A stretch of DNA of 63,717 nucleotides, counting the filler, from Phoronis australis (Eukaryota; Animalia; Phoronida): the NCBI GenBank assembly GCA_002633005.1. It is 8 parts of 8 records of this genome, joined end to end, with 100 filler letters (N's around TTAATTAATTAA, not from the genome) between each part and the next. Parts side by side here need not be neighbours in the genome. Positions count along the whole stretch, not along the records: positions 60,727 to 63,717 come from NMRA01003290.1; 7 more parts are not named here. One strand, 5' to 3'. Positions 62,560 through 63,717 of the stretch are shown here, in pieces; positions within the stretch are counted from its first letter, which is position 1; every line of letters starts with the position of its first letter. The translations under genes were made by a program, and so were the position numbers. A model generated the notes under the pieces. That model searched no databases, was not told where the DNA came from, and saw only the letters and a program-made list of their open reading frames with translations.

Positions 62560-63717
62560 CCTTGTCTTTACAATTCAGTTTGTTCCAGCCATTGTCACAG
62601 CTGTTTGGTGGAAAGAGGTTTCTGCTACTTCTTAGGAGTAAAATTTGTACACTTTTGAAAATGTTAACTATATACTATAGGTCACTGGGGTATTATGAAG
62701 GGAATGGTGCTTGTTATGAAAGAAATTTTTGTTCTATTATTATAAATATCTTAAATATCACAGGTTTCATTTGTCCTCGTTATTTTGACAATGAAATGGA
62801 TAATTGTTGTGTAGTAGTTACTGTGTTCTTGTTTAATATGTGAAATGAGATGTTATGCTGGTTAAGTCTAAGAAATAGTTTAACATTTTGGTTCAGTATT
62901 AATATACCAACTCTTATTGAAATGTCACCAGTGTTGCTGAGACTGTCAGTTGGGATTATTTCCATGTTTAGTATTGCCAGCATAGTCTTTTTGACTAGCC
63001 CTGGTTTTTGTTGTTTTTTTGTAAAAATTCTGTATTAATATTTTTACTCTTGATCAACGAATCATTTAAATAATTTTCATGTGTGCTTGATAACATTTTG
63101 GAGAATCGATTCTTACTTGATATAATTTTAGAAGTTTTTATTATAATTATATTTTCCTGTATGTTTTTTAATTTTTAAATCTTTAGCTTGTTCTTTGATT
63201 TTTAAGAAGATAATTAATACATAAATATACAGTTTTAATTAAAAATTGTCTGTGTTTTTATAGTGCAACAATGCTCATTCTACCAACGGGTGAGCGTGAG
63301 CTATTCAGTCCCAAAAGATATAACTATGTACATTTAGTTAACATCATAAACGAATGCCAAAAATATTAACATCAACTTCAGTGGAACTTATTGTAAGAAG
63401 GTTTTCGGGAGGTGCGAAAACTTCTTCATCGGACGGAGTTCATAGACATATGCAAGGCACGGGACCATGAGTCCGAGAACTTTTAAAAATCTGACCCACC
63501 TTGTCTGTTGAAAGAAGCGTTTAACGAAGAAAATCTCCAGTGAACACCATAATGTGCATTTCACCTTAACACGTACATTTCAATTCAGTTGCACATGACG
63601 TACGCTCAATTCCATATAGACCAAAGAAGGAAACACACCCTTCTCTGAAGCCTGTCGCTAACGAAGTGCCTGACACATACAGCCGATTTCATAAATGTGG
63701 TTTAAATTTATATCTGG

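Overview
AT-rich, intron-containing eukaryotic DNA, most likely from an invertebrate animal; the species cannot be determined from this window. The window consists of eight pieces joined by artificial 100-nt spacers (44 N + TTAATTAATTAA + 44 N). Many single-N joins sit beside duplicated sequence, so some tandem duplications are probably assembly artefacts. The first 29 kb is almost all repeats: two partial HERO-clade (restriction-like endonuclease) non-LTR retrotransposons, a ~1543-bp macrosatellite carrying a HERO fragment, an array rich in CTCF-like motifs, nested MITEs, and decayed L1/Tx1 and RTE-X LINEs. The rest holds host-gene pieces: two SAMHD1-like exons, a RING-B-box-B-box-coiled-coil TRIM gene, the last exons of SLC22-like and ABCC/MRP-like transporters, and a spliced LRR/LRRcap gene ending in a CaaX box. 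The top observation is on the minus strand just after the HERO stop codon, where all hammerhead ribozyme core motifs (GUC, GAAA, CUGAAGA) occur in a non-canonical, permuted order. This is followed by what looks like the element's own 5' end and a second copy of the 3' UTR, suggesting a ribozyme-processed head-to-tail or circular intermediate. This interpretation is inference and is untested.
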